From the IMG/VR virus record IMGVR_UViG_3300032233_001072, positions 30,949 to 94,948 of that record: a stretch of DNA of 64,000 bases. One strand, written 5' to 3'. Shown here one piece after another: positions 1 to 9,924 of the stretch. Both the position numbers and the translations under genes were made by a program. Under the pieces are notes generated by a model that made no database searches, was not told the DNA's origin, and saw only the letters and a list, made by a program, of their open reading frames with translations. This stretch comes from an uncultured virus (IMG/VR IMGVR_UViG_3300032233_001072) (Duplodnaviria > Heunggongvirae > Uroviricota > Caudoviricetes). The first letter of the stretch is position 1. Each line of letters begins with the position of its first letter.

Positions 1-267
1 TTGGCGGTTGTTTCTCTTCCGCTCGGCTTTCTCAATAATGCCGATTTCCGCTAGGCGGTGGATAGCCCTGATGACTGTCCGCTTGTTGCACCCCATTTGG
101 TCAGCAATGTGCTGGTAAGAGGTGGTCAGTTGCTGGGAGTCATTATCCATGTACTGTAGAAAGAATAACAAAACGGTGTTCGCAACATGGTCTCCTCCCG
201 TGTAATCCAACACCCATCGGGGTACTGGGAGGAAGGGTCCTCCAAAGGTCGCCTTTTTCTTTACCAT
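1..267 (-). CDS. Winged helix-turn-helix protein (HTH_36/replication-initiator-like), truncated by window start
   Basis: Hand translation from ATG at 267: MVKKKATFGGPFLPVPRW...TSYQHIADQMGCNKRTVIRAIHRLAEIGIIEK; AAGGAG SD upstream; not in ORF track. Confidence 0.75.
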   Translation of the reverse strand, partial: MVKKKATFGGPFLPVPRWVLDYTGGDHVANTVLLFFLQYMDNDSQQLTTSYQHIADQMGCNKRTVIRAIHRLAEIGIIEKAERKRNNRQ

Positions 268-370
268 TTATTCTCCTTAGGTTGACTGCTTGTAGGGATG
301 TCATGATACACTCCTTGTCAACCAAGGGTACATGTGTGTGCATTTATTTCCTAGGTTGATTGCTCAGGTG

Positions 371-407
371 AATGGCTGGATATTGGCAGAAACTGTATCC
401 AGCCATT
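371..407. promoter_or_regulatory. 12-bp perfect inverted repeat in divergent intergenic region (candidate operator)
   Basis: AATGGCTGGATA (371-382) N13 TATCCAGCCATT (396-407). Confidence 0.45.
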
Positions 408-432
408 TGCCATTTATAGGGTAAAATGGGGC

Positions 433-594
433 ATGGCTAAAAAAGACGTGTGGGATAAACCAAACCCCAAGAAAAAGTCAGACAAGTTGACTCCTGAGCA
501 AAAGTCTGAAGCAAAATCTCGTGCTAAAAAAGCAGGACGTCCTTACCCAAATCTTGTAGACAATATGGCTGTGTCCAAGAAAGGAAAGAAGTAA
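433..594 (+). CDS. Small Lys-rich protein (53 aa)
   Basis: Hand translation MAKKDVWDKPNPKKKS...KKAGRPYPNLVDNMAVSKKGKK; TAAAAT 5 nt upstream; TAATG-coupled to next gene. Confidence 0.8.
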   Translation: MAKKDVWDKPNPKKKSDKLTPEQKSEAKSRAKKAGRPYPNLVDNMAVSKKGKK

Positions 595-821
595 TGGCAA
601 CTAAGAAAGATCAAAAACCAGCAACTATTTCTGCTGGCGGCGCACCTCATGTCATTTATGAAAAAGATAAGAAGATAGTTGCAGACCATCTTGGTAAAAC
701 TAGTGGAAAAAATGACAAGATCAATTTAACTAAGGTTGCTGGTGCAAAAACAGTTAAAGAAGGAGTTGCTGCTACTAAAGGTTGGCATTCAAAGCACCCT
801 CATAAGAAAGGAAAGAAGTAA
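594..821 (+). CDS. Small basic hypothetical protein
   Basis: ORF track; TAATG coupling at both ends. Confidence 0.75.
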   Translation: MATKKDQKPATISAGGAPHVIYEKDKKIVADHLGKTSGKNDKINLTKVAGAKTVKEGVAATKGWHSKHPHKKGKK

Positions 822-1102
822 TGGCTGTTAAAAAATCTGATGCGTGGCAACGCAAAGAAGGAAAAAACAAAGAGGGCGGGTTAAACGAAAAAGGACGCAA
901 GTCCTACGAAAAGGCCAACCCCGGTAGTGACCTTAAGCCACCTGTATCTAAAGAGCAGGCTAAGAAGTCTCCTAAGTCTGCGGCTCGTCGTGAATCTTTT
1001 TGTGCTCGTATGGAAGGCATGAAGAAGAAAAACACTTCATCTAAGACTGCCAATGATCCTGATTCACGCATAAACAAGTCACTTAGAAAATGGGATTGTT
1101 AA
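821..1102 (+). CDS. DUF6321-like small basic phage protein
   Basis: GGLNEKGR...RRESFCARMEGMK...SRINKSLRKWDC signature. Confidence 0.75.
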   Translation: MAVKKSDAWQRKEGKNKEGGLNEKGRKSYEKANPGSDLKPPVSKEQAKKSPKSAARRESFCARMEGMKKKNTSSKTANDPDSRINKSLRKWDC

Positions 1103-1539
1103 TGTCTAAGTTGACTGACGCTCTCAAAACAACTCTTGCTGATACCGTCACAATGTACTTTGTTGCACACGGTTACCATTGGAACGTAGAGGGTCAAGAC
1201 TTTAGTCAATACCATGCACTCTTTGCAGAAATCTATGAAGACGTTTACTCTGCTGTAGACCCACTTGCAGAAGACATCCGTAAGTTGGGGGAATACGCTC
1301 CATTTACCTTGAGCAAGTTCATTGACCTTCGCACAGTGGAATCAAAGGACGTTGATCCTTCTCCTAAGGCAATGGCAAAAGCCCTGCTCACTATCAACGA
1401 AGGTCTTATTAAAAGCGTTAATCTTGCTTTTAAAGCAGCCAACGAAGCCAATGAACAGGGCATTGCAAATTTCCTTGCAGAACGAGATGACATGCACAAG
1501 AAATGGGCATGGCAACTCAAAGCATCAACTAAGTCCTAA
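1102..1539 (+). CDS. dps: Dps / ferritin-like DNA-protection protein
   Basis: HGYHWNVEGxDFxxYHxLFxEIYE and DxLAE ferroxidase motifs; start placed at TAATG-coupled ATG 1102. Confidence 0.92.
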   Translation: MSKLTDALKTTLADTVTMYFVAHGYHWNVEGQDFSQYHALFAEIYEDVYSAVDPLAEDIRKLGEYAPFTLSKFIDLRTVESKDVDPSPKAMAKALLTINEGLIKSVNLAFKAANEANEQGIANFLAERDDMHKKWAWQLKASTKS

Positions 1540-2286
1540 TATCAATCGTGCTTCTGCCATAGTTGCAGGCGTAGATACAACAGTTCCATTAGGCATAACT
1601 ACTGTGATCATGCACTCTTTGTCATCAGATGTTTGGATGCTTTCACGCACTGGGTATGGGGTTGTAGACACACTTTTGACTTCAGGTACTTCTGGAATGT
1701 CACCCAACAAATGATTAATAATTTGCTCTTTGGACATGTAAGACGCATCAATGTTTTGATTCTTAGCACTCTTCTTTAGAACGCTAATTGGCATGTCTTG
1801 CAATTCCTTTTTAGTAAAAGGCTCTATCTCTACTTCTTCTTTTTGCACTTTTTCCTTAACTTCCGTTACGTCTGTCTCAACGACAATTGGAACAAGACCG
1901 TTGGTTAAGTCTTTTATTTCAATGCCAAGGTCAGTTGCGGTGAATACAATGTTTTCCATCTCTTCATTGTTTTCTTCATCCCACAACAAAAGCAAAACGC
2001 CTTTGCGCTTTTTAAGTTCTTTGAGAAAGAATTCAACATTTAAAGATTTGTTTGACACAAAGTGCAAAGCGTTTTCCATCAACGCTGTACTAGTTTCAGT
2101 GTTGTGCACCACGGTGTATGGAACTTCATGATCAGTCAACCAATCATGAACTCTTGCTTCTGAAGCGCTCAGTTTGTGTACACCGTAGACAAAGAACTCG
2201 TTGTCTTCGCCAAGTTCGTTTAATGCATCTTCAATTACATTTTTTTTAGTTGAGCCAGTGCCCAAAATTCCGTATGTTGCTAACAT
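1525..2286 (-). CDS. Hypothetical protein
   Basis: Long ORF; start reassigned to MLATYG with AAGGA SD. Confidence 0.7.
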   Translation of the reverse strand: MLATYGILGTGSTKKNVIEDALNELGEDNEFFVYGVHKLSASEARVHDWLTDHEVPYTVVHNTETSTALMENALHFVSNKSLNVEFFLKELKKRKGVLLLLWDEENNEEMENIVFTATDLGIEIKDLTNGLVPIVVETDVTEVKEKVQKEEVEIEPFTKKELQDMPISVLKKSAKNQNIDASYMSKEQIINHLLGDIPEVPEVKSVSTTPYPVRESIQTSDDKECMITVVMPNGTVVSTPATMAEARLILGLS

Positions 2287-2296
2287 GTGCTTGTCC

Positions 2297-2551
2297 TTAT
2301 TTGATTGATTTGCGGTGTGCCATGTCCCCAAGGAAGGTGACTAGCCTCATTAAACCATGGCATGCGCTTGCAATAGTAGCGATTACTAAACCTGCTGTCC
2401 ATTTATTTGGAACATCAAGAATGAAGGACACACCATATGCAAGAACAGTAGCCGCAGTTACTTTTACCCAAGGCATTGCTTCTTTAGGGGTTAACACATC
2501 TAAGATGTGTACTGCTTTGTATACTGCTAAACCTGCAATTATATAAATCAT
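2297..2551 (-). CDS. Small membrane protein
   Basis: 2-3 hydrophobic segments; ATGA overlap with upstream gene. Confidence 0.6.
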   Translation of the reverse strand: MIYIIAGLAVYKAVHILDVLTPKEAMPWVKVTAATVLAYGVSFILDVPNKWTAGLVIATIASACHGLMRLVTFLGDMAHRKSIK

Positions 2552-4152
2552 GCCTGCCCGGGGACACAATCGTACGTAATTGTGTATTTAGGTGAAACCC
2601 CACCTAACAATGTAACTGGCAAAATCTTAGGAAGCAACCGAGTCAAAGCATCTTGTGTCTTTTGACGGTTTGCTGTATATGTGGACAATGAAACGTGTTG
2701 ACTAATTTTCCACAGGTGGTCAGAAGATTGGTTTTGATATAAGTTTCCACCAAAGATAGTGTTGCCATCAAAGTAGGTACCAAAGTTATTTGGCTCTACC
2801 ATCCAATAATCTAAATTAATTGTTTGCCCAGCGTTTAGTTTAAAAACAAATACTGGGTAGTAGTTATTTTTTGAGGACACTGCCTTCATTTGGTATGCAT
2901 AGCGGTTTTCACCCAACGTATTTTGACTTACCGCCACAGTGCTCCCCCATGATGACCACGAAGCGCCAGTATGCCAAAGAGGTTCATAAACAACGTCGTA
3001 GTTACCAGTGATCTCCATAGACATGTAATAAGGAACAGTAGGTGAAACAGGTGCAGTTATCGTAGAACGTACTGCTACTTTGGTTGCAGTTCCTCCACAA
3101 GTAATGCTGATGCCATATGGGTTTGCGCTATTTACAGTTACACTGTTTTCTGAGGCAACAGTCCAGTTACCTTCGTTAACAAAACGAGGGTTACCAACTA
3201 AGTTAGCCCTTTGAGAATGTACAAAAAAACTGTAATAAGGTGCGGCACCAGCAACCACCACATCTACTGCTCCACCACTTACGGCAGTTAAGTAGCCTGT
3301 TATTGCCTCAACAGTTCCTTTTTTGCGCCGAAGGTGTCCAATGTCGTGTAGTAACGCACGGGTTCTTGTTACTCCAACGTCATTAACGGACACTTCTAGC
3401 CCAAGCATTTTTGCCAACTGATCTACTGCTTCAGCCTCTGCTAAAAGTGGATCGTATTGGGTCATCACAGCATCTATGAGAGTGCGTGTGGTGTCTAGTT
3501 CAAACCCAAAAGTACTTACAAATTTGTACAGTGTTGAGTCATCTGCTTCTCTATAGTACTTAGGAATACGCTTCCATAAATCTTCTGAACTTCCGTAGTT
3601 GTTAGGTACAAGGGTTTCTAGACTTACTAATTTATTATAGTAATAAGTACCGTTTACTCCGCTTTCGTTGTAATACCCAAACAACGAATAATACGCCCAT
3701 TTACCAGACGTTGGTTCGTACACAGTTTGGGGGCCTGCATCTGTAGTTATTACATAAGAAGATTGGTGAGTGTAAAAAGAGTCAGTGCCACTAGATGAAT
3801 AAATAACTACGCCATCTTTAACCGTTTCGGGATACCCTGTTTTTGAATAAACAATTGTTATTCCTATTAATTTAGTTTCTCCTCCCAACACGTTTTCTAT
3901 GGCAGTGAAGTTTTCCGAAAGAGTCCAGTTTAAAATAACACTGTTATACGACAAAGCATTTGCTTCAAAAACAGATTCTGGACTAGTGGGGACATCTATA
4001 ATAATGTTGTCAGACCGAAGAGCAGAGTCTTGGTCAACGCTTATAGCACCCGCTTGTGTTTGTAGACTGCTGGTTCCACGGTTAAATGAACCAACGCCTA
4101 CTACTTCACCACCAAATGTATTGCGCCGAAGATTAAAGGAAACCCGTGCCAT
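2548..4152 (-). CDS. Baseplate/tail protein (tail protein I-like wedge component)
   Basis: LWKRIPKYYR, LAKMLG, RRKKGT..AI motifs; follows baseplate J. Confidence 0.7.
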   Translation of the reverse strand: MARVSFNLRRNTFGGEVVGVGSFNRGTSSLQTQAGAISVDQDSALRSDNIIIDVPTSPESVFEANALSYNSVILNWTLSENFTAIENVLGGETKLIGITIVYSKTGYPETVKDGVVIYSSSGTDSFYTHQSSYVITTDAGPQTVYEPTSGKWAYYSLFGYYNESGVNGTYYYNKLVSLETLVPNNYGSSEDLWKRIPKYYREADDSTLYKFVSTFGFELDTTRTLIDAVMTQYDPLLAEAEAVDQLAKMLGLEVSVNDVGVTRTRALLHDIGHLRRKKGTVEAITGYLTAVSGGAVDVVVAGAAPYYSFFVHSQRANLVGNPRFVNEGNWTVASENSVTVNSANPYGISITCGGTATKVAVRSTITAPVSPTVPYYMSMEITGNYDVVYEPLWHTGASWSSWGSTVAVSQNTLGENRYAYQMKAVSSKNNYYPVFVFKLNAGQTINLDYWMVEPNNFGTYFDGNTIFGGNLYQNQSSDHLWKISQHVSLSTYTANRQKTQDALTRLLPKILPVTLLGGVSPKYTITYDCVPGQA

Positions 4153-4154
4153 TG

Positions 4155-5729
4155 TTAGCCTCCTGTGGCAACGATGCCACCACTAGCGTTGATTGTCCAT
4201 GACGCACTTTTGGCAAGCAAAGTATGTGCAGTTGGGGTAACGCCTATGAAAGTTCCAGAAGCATCAAGTACCGTGGTGCCATTGGTGGTTGTGAAGTTTG
4301 TTACGGTAAAGTAGTCTACCCCTTCAATTGCTAACGCTGTGCGGTAAACCGTTCCAAGTCCTACCGTTACGTCAAAATCAATATTGTCAAAAGAAAACAA
4401 ATCTTCAAGCGCACTAAACACTTTGCTTTGAACATCTTCTTGGACAAACCCTGCCATCACTCGCAGGTTTGCGGTTAATTTAACTGGAGAGAGGCTCACA
4501 GAGGCGCCCACGTTAGATGAGGCAAAAGCCATTTCACGAGGAGTTAAGTAATCATCAATTTCAGTGACTTTAGCATTTGAAAGAATAATTGGGTTAACTG
4601 CACCAAAGTTAGATTGTGGAACAACCGCACGCACTTGGACAACCCCACTACCATCCACCCATGCCGTAGATTTAACAACCCCCGGCACCCTCTTTACAAT
4701 GTCTATGTAGTCTTGTAAAGATACTGCACGGTCTTGGGAGCGGAAAGCGGCTGGAATGTTTGCTTTCAAAGAGTTGATTGACTCTACGTCAACACCTCCC
4801 GTAGCAGCAAGGGTATTAGGGGTTACGACAAGCCCGTCAAGGCTTGGTTTCCCCGCTACCGTGTTACTTTCTATTCTATTAATTGCTTGAGAGGCTACGT
4901 TACCTGCGGCACCACGGCTACGGCGATACGTAATTGTAATAGTTGAGTTGACTAATGGGATGCGTCCGTTGATTGCATTACCAAAATTAAGAACTGAATA
5001 GTTATCAGCAGAAATGTCTACGCTAAACACACGTTGGCTACTCGTTGCAGTAAGCAATCGTGGAACATACGTGTATTGCACGCTTGCCCCTCCTGCGCCT
5101 TCGTTAACAGTTACGATCATTCCATCAGTAACAACACCCGTTTTACGCAAAGTTATTTGTTGACCTGAAAGTCCTGTACTTGTATATGTTTCACTAAAGA
5201 TCTCACCTTCAGTAAGGAATGTTGTAATACTTTCAGTCTTAGGGTAAGTTGCGTAAGTAACTCCATCAAGATCTACAAGTGGTGTAGACGCTCCACCTGC
5301 CGTACCTGTAAAAGCAATCGCTGTATTGGTTGTAAAAACCACTGGAGAAGCAGTATCTACAAGAGGGGTGGCAAGGAAACGGGTATATTTTGGAATATAA
5401 ATAGGGGCTGTGTCAGTCGCTGAAGTGGCGTTAGCATTTAACGTAATGGTTGCGGTAGCCGCACGACGACCTGACGGTACATAGTCAAGCAAATTAGCAA
5501 TAGCCAGAACCGATTCACGCTGTGTAGCAGTGCCTAGAAAAGATTCCCCAGCCGCACGGTCTACGTAGTAATGAAGAATATCACCCATGTAAGCCCACAG
5601 ATCAACAAGAACCATACCGAAGTCAGATGGTTCCCTGTTTGTCCATTCAGGCAATAGAGTTTGGGCACGACGGAGAAGATCGTCTTGGATAGACGCATAA
5701 TCCCGACTTGTATAGTCAAATGTACTCAT
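4155..5729 (-). CDS. Baseplate wedge protein (baseplate J / T4 gp6-like)
   Basis: DYTSRDY, PEWT...SDFG, DRAAGESFLGTA, GGVDVES, DRAVSLQDY. Confidence 0.92.
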   Translation of the reverse strand: MSTFDYTSRDYASIQDDLLRRAQTLLPEWTNREPSDFGMVLVDLWAYMGDILHYYVDRAAGESFLGTATQRESVLAIANLLDYVPSGRRAATATITLNANATSATDTAPIYIPKYTRFLATPLVDTASPVVFTTNTAIAFTGTAGGASTPLVDLDGVTYATYPKTESITTFLTEGEIFSETYTSTGLSGQQITLRKTGVVTDGMIVTVNEGAGGASVQYTYVPRLLTATSSQRVFSVDISADNYSVLNFGNAINGRIPLVNSTITITYRRSRGAAGNVASQAINRIESNTVAGKPSLDGLVVTPNTLAATGGVDVESINSLKANIPAAFRSQDRAVSLQDYIDIVKRVPGVVKSTAWVDGSGVVQVRAVVPQSNFGAVNPIILSNAKVTEIDDYLTPREMAFASSNVGASVSLSPVKLTANLRVMAGFVQEDVQSKVFSALEDLFSFDNIDFDVTVGLGTVYRTALAIEGVDYFTVTNFTTTNGTTVLDASGTFIGVTPTAHTLLAKSASWTINASGGIVATGG

Positions 5730-6139
5730 AGAATTGATTCCTCGGTCAGGTAACTAGGGGCAGTAATACGGAAAGTAAAAGACGTTTGTGTAAAGGGTAA
5801 CATTTTATAACGAACCCATATTTCAAGTACGTTCTGTCCCTCATCTCCAGTTACTGGAACACTTAAGGGGCGGATGCGTATATCTGAAACAGTGGCAATG
5901 GTTAAGTTACGGTTTAGTTCTTGTAAAGCGTCCATTTTAAACTCAGAAAAAACAAGGTCATCCATAGGTTCAAACAACAGTTGTTGGGCACTTGCGCCAT
6001 AATCTGGGCGAAGTACCCGCTCAAACTTGTCGGTAGTGAGCACATCAATGATTTGTTGTTCAGCAACTACTTGTGGGTCAAGGGTTTTTGCCACTTTACC
6101 AGAAGCATTAATTGAAAAAGGTACTCGTATAGATGTCAT
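5726..6139 (-). CDS. Baseplate gp25/W-like protein
   Basis: LTTDKFERVLRPDYG...LLFEP motif. Confidence 0.9.
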   Translation of the reverse strand: MTSIRVPFSINASGKVAKTLDPQVVAEQQIIDVLTTDKFERVLRPDYGASAQQLLFEPMDDLVFSEFKMDALQELNRNLTIATVSDIRIRPLSVPVTGDEGQNVLEIWVRYKMLPFTQTSFTFRITAPSYLTEESIL

Positions 6140-6145
6140 TGTTAG

Positions 6146-6901
6146 TTAAAACTTTCTCACTGGGCTTACGTAGAGTGTAATCGTCTTAGGGTAGTTGATC
6201 TGGACCCCGACGCCGAAGTTCTGAATCCACGATTCCGACGAGTCGTTCTCAGACGAACTCCAATAGAGGCCAGACTCAAAACCACCAACACCCAAGTTAA
6301 TATGGAGCACATCGTAAACCATTTTGATTTCTGCTAACGAAGGTAAGTACCAGTCAGATTTACCACCCGATGTTAAATCATCACAGTATTTGGCGGCACA
6401 AGTTGCGGCAACGTTACCAGTCTGAGCAACTATGTCTAGGGTGTTCTGGTAACCACCACCCAATGCTTTTGAGTCAGCACCAGAAACTGCTGTTGATTGG
6501 TTTGAGTTCACATTCGTTGCCCAAGTTCTTTGAACCTGAGTACTGACTGGGGCTACTTCAAGATAGGTAAATCCTGAATGTTCATTGTAACGGTCAACAA
6601 AAAAGATGATTCCACCACCGGGACCAGTGTCTCCTACTTTATAAGCAAAAGTTGAAGGCACTACAGCATCTGTTTGTACCCAGAAAGCGTTAGTAAAGTT
6701 TGGGTCGTCAGCAGTGACCACTATTTGAGTTCCTACAGTAGGTACTGTCCACACTCCATCATGGGCACTTCGCCCAATTTTAGACAGTTCAATTGTGCTT
6801 TCTATTCCTAACAAAGAAGGAATACGCACAAATATTTGACCGTTAGCACTATTTGAAGATGCAACAATGGCTCGGTATACAGAGGGATCACACGTAGACA
6901 T
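6146..6901 (-). CDS. Baseplate spike (gp5-N OB-fold-like) fused to DUF1566/Lcl C-type-lectin-like domain
   Basis: N-term YRAIV..G.IFVRIP...VPTVGTQIVV; C-term YKVGDTGPGGGIIF, DWYLPSLAE, YWSSSE...VSPVRKF. Confidence 0.75.
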   Translation of the reverse strand: MSTCDPSVYRAIVASSNSANGQIFVRIPSLLGIESTIELSKIGRSAHDGVWTVPTVGTQIVVTADDPNFTNAFWVQTDAVVPSTFAYKVGDTGPGGGIIFFVDRYNEHSGFTYLEVAPVSTQVQRTWATNVNSNQSTAVSGADSKALGGGYQNTLDIVAQTGNVAATCAAKYCDDLTSGGKSDWYLPSLAEIKMVYDVLHINLGVGGFESGLYWSSSENDSSESWIQNFGVGVQINYPKTITLYVSPVRKF

Positions 6902-8057
6902 TGTTGTACTCCACTGATGTTTCCCAACGGTCACTTGTGTTTAAACGAGGCAAAGGGGGCAAGTTGTATGCCGCACTTGGGTTCACCGTAGGTTTAGATT
7001 TGCTTGTGCTGTCTGTGGACAACTTAAGTTCTGTAACAAAGTTGGAACGGGTTACCGTATGTTTAACGCCACGAACTAACCAATACCCATCAAAGTTTGA
7101 ATCGTAGTTGTCAAGTTTGGCGACAGATCCGGGGAGTGCTTCAGCAATGCCAGTAGTAATCGCTACAGCGTTGTATGGGTATGTATTCTTTTTCTTTGCT
7201 TTAGCAAAACGAGAAAGCATGTCAATAGACGAAACATTAGTAGTTATTTGATCAGTAAACCGAGAAGGTACACGCTCACCCAGTTCAGACCACATGTCAT
7301 CGGTATCTGTTTTGATAACATTACCTGCGTTGTCTATACCTACAAATTCAAACTTGTTAGACGACCCATCTGGGGTGATGTCTCCAAAGGTGCCATTAAA
7401 CTCCATTAACGCACCGGGAACATACTGAGGACTTCCTTGAGCGCCTCTAACTGTCTTTAGTTCAATGTAAGGGAGTTGGCGAGCAATTGCTTTGTAAGGA
7501 TCGTAGACATGGATGTGGGTACCATTTATGGTCAGCCCATAACCTAAAGAAGACACAACGCTAGACAGCAGCGCCCAGTCCGATTGTTTAGTTTGTACAA
7601 TGCGAGACCAAGTAAAGTGGTCTTCTGGAACTGAGTAAGACATGCTGTACGCCATAGCAAGTTCATCAACAATAGAAGGAATAGTGGCGTTAGTCCACGC
7701 TTTGTTCTTAGTGGACTTCATTTCATAACTAGCCCCGAAGCAAACAACTTCTGCGGTTTGAAATGGGCTGTTGTTTACAAGACCAGCACGGGAATACGAT
7801 TGAGGACTGTTGTACGCAACATACCCATAGAAAGAACAAATAGCCGCAGGGCTAGTGGCTATAGAAATAAACACTGGCGCACCTACATAATCTGTGATGG
7901 CTTTAGGAACTAATCCATTAAAAGTTAAAACTGCTATGTCGTGGGAGTGTTCACTGATATCAACAGACACAGACGTAATGGTTGTGTAGTCAACCAACGC
8001 TCCACTGATTATTACAGACACATCAGGAGAACCAGCAAAGGAACTCTTAAATATCAC
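6888..8057 (-). CDS. Baseplate hub protein (gp27/late control D-like)
   Basis: QTKQSDWALL and DGYWLVRGVKH motifs; position between LysM and spike genes. Confidence 0.8.
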   Translation of the reverse strand: MIFKSSFAGSPDVSVIISGALVDYTTITSVSVDISEHSHDIAVLTFNGLVPKAITDYVGAPVFISIATSPAAICSFYGYVAYNSPQSYSRAGLVNNSPFQTAEVVCFGASYEMKSTKNKAWTNATIPSIVDELAMAYSMSYSVPEDHFTWSRIVQTKQSDWALLSSVVSSLGYGLTINGTHIHVYDPYKAIARQLPYIELKTVRGAQGSPQYVPGALMEFNGTFGDITPDGSSNKFEFVGIDNAGNVIKTDTDDMWSELGERVPSRFTDQITTNVSSIDMLSRFAKAKKKNTYPYNAVAITTGIAEALPGSVAKLDNYDSNFDGYWLVRGVKHTVTRSNFVTELKLSTDSTSKSKPTVNPSAAYNLPPLPRLNTSDRWETSVEYNNVYV

Positions 8058-8308
8058 TTAGGAATCCTTATAGTTTCTCCAGCAGGTATTAAATCAGGAA
8101 ACTTAAGTTGTGGATTAATATCTGCAACACGCCAGTATTGAGATGGGTCACCGAATAGTTTAGTAGCGATGTTAATAAAAGAGTCACCGTCTCGTGCGGT
8201 GTATGTGCTGTACTGCACAAAAGAAGTGCTTTTACGAACAGCAATAACTATAGATGTTCCATCTTTTTCAGCAGATGTAGTGGTGTAACGAGAAGATGAT
8301 GACAACAT
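8054..8308 (-). CDS. LysM / tail X-like baseplate protein
   Basis: YTARDGDSFINIATKLFGDPSQYWRVADINP...GETIRIP. Confidence 0.88.
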   Translation of the reverse strand: MLSSSSRYTTTSAEKDGTSIVIAVRKSTSFVQYSTYTARDGDSFINIATKLFGDPSQYWRVADINPQLKFPDLIPAGETIRIPK

Positions 8309-9924
8309 TATAATCCTCCTGCTCTTGCTGGGTTGTTTGCACCGTCGTAGTATTCACTGTGGACTGTGGCGTCACTACCCATTGAAATATTGGTAGACCA
8401 ACTAACTTCTTTATCAATTTTAATTACCTGTAAACAATTTACAGTGCCACCTTCTGTACCTACAAGTACTGCTGTGTACGTTGTAATGAACTGGTATTTA
8501 GATCCATTAGATTTATCTAATATCTCATTTGCAACTTCTTGGCTTTGTTCTATTTTAAATTTTGCAGAGTCCCAAGGATCTCGTTTTGTATTATTTAATT
8601 GAGATATGTCAAGATCATATGACGCTGATTTAGAAAAGATAGTTTCGTTAACATCATAGGTAACTCCCGCTGGTGGGGTGCCACTGTTTCCTTTATATTT
8701 TATTTCTATATTTGCAGTTACTGTTACTTTTGTAATACTGCCTTTGTTGCTTATTTCATCTCGTAACGAGTTGGTTGCTAAAAAGCGTACCGTGAAATCT
8801 TTTGATCCTTTATCTTTATCAAAAAAGTCTTGAGGACGTACAACAAAGTTTGCGTTGCTTGGGTTTTCTATTTTTTTAAAAAGGTCAGATCCAAGGGTTC
8901 CTAACGCATCTGTTTCTGTGCGACTAGATGTCACCTTATCTTCAATGCTTTTTTTGTTGCTTTCAAAGGCTTTAGTAAAGAACGTGTCTTTCTTTCCAAA
9001 CCCCATGTACATAGCCTGCATTTGAATGCCTACTGTTGCTTGTACGGGTACCATTGTGGGCGTAAACTTATTAAACATTACAGTTGTAGATGTAACATAA
9101 CCTTCTACAATAAACAGCGATGAAAGCACTACACGAATTGGTTGGGCAATAAGAAACGCAGAGTTACCCCAGTTTGCTTGTAAGGCATTTTCAGTTTCTG
9201 TACGACTAAAAGACACTGTGGGTGTTTCGGGTGTTTTATCTTCATCATCACTTGTTGTGTCTTTTTTTGCTTCTGCGTCTCTGTAAGCCGCACCAGTTTC
9301 TGCCCGATCAACCATTGCTTGAATAAGTTGTGAGTTAAGACCTTGTCCAATTAGTTCATCAAAAACAATCAAGTCTGCAAGAACACCAATGTCTGTAACG
9401 CTGTATTGCCCTAACGTGCTATTGCCATTTGTAGGGAGGATTGCAGGAATGTTTGATGATATTGTTGTTTGCCCGTTTGCAGATATAAAAGGGGTGCCTA
9501 CATTTGTTGCAGTTCCTGAAGAGTATGTACCAGAATATACTTCTGCTTCTCGGTTAAACAATAATTCAAAAGCAAAGTTAGAATCACCCGGAACAGGTTG
9601 TGTCATTTGGGCAGGGTCCATGTTCATCCATAGTTGGATGTCATTTCGGGCAGCCACCGAACGGGTAATACTGTCGGGATTAAACTGAAAATGTAAACGA
9701 CGGCGACTAAGTGTTTCATATTCACTGCCAAGTAACTCACTCATCATACGAATGTAACCACGTTGAATAGGTGTGCTTTTACCTGTTACTGCATTACGTA
9801 AGTTATTTGAAGGGTATAAAAATGGAGGGTTATCAGTTGCCGCACTATTTTGAGATAAAGTACTGCTAAATGGTTCAAAAGAATCAAGGTTATAAAACTG
9901 ATTGGTTGCGTAACGCTCTGCCAT
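8308..9924 (-). CDS. Tail tube initiator-like protein
   Basis: FQFNPDSI motif and FTPTMVP; position after tape measure. Confidence 0.6.
   Translation of the reverse strand: MAERYATNQFYNLDSFEPFSSTLSQNSAATDNPPFLYPSNNLRNAVTGKSTPIQRGYIRMMSELLGSEYETLSRRRLHFQFNPDSITRSVAARNDIQLWMNMDPAQMTQPVPGDSNFAFELLFNREAEVYSGTYSSGTATNVGTPFISANGQTTISSNIPAILPTNGNSTLGQYSVTDIGVLADLIVFDELIGQGLNSQLIQAMVDRAETGAAYRDAEAKKDTTSDDEDKTPETPTVSFSRTETENALQANWGNSAFLIAQPIRVVLSSLFIVEGYVTSTTVMFNKFTPTMVPVQATVGIQMQAMYMGFGKKDTFFTKAFESNKKSIEDKVTSSRTETDALGTLGSDLFKKIENPSNANFVVRPQDFFDKDKGSKDFTVRFLATNSLRDEISNKGSITKVTVTANIEIKYKGNSGTPPAGVTYDVNETIFSKSASYDLDISQLNNTKRDPWDSAKFKIEQSQEVANEILDKSNGSKYQFITTYTAVLVGTEGGTVNCLQVIKIDKEVSWSTNISMGSDATVHSEYYDGANNPARAGGL

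Noticed and set aside
68-74. CTGATGA near the window start as another hammerhead
   Set aside because: No accompanying stems or GAAA arrangement; it lies antisense within the HTH gene
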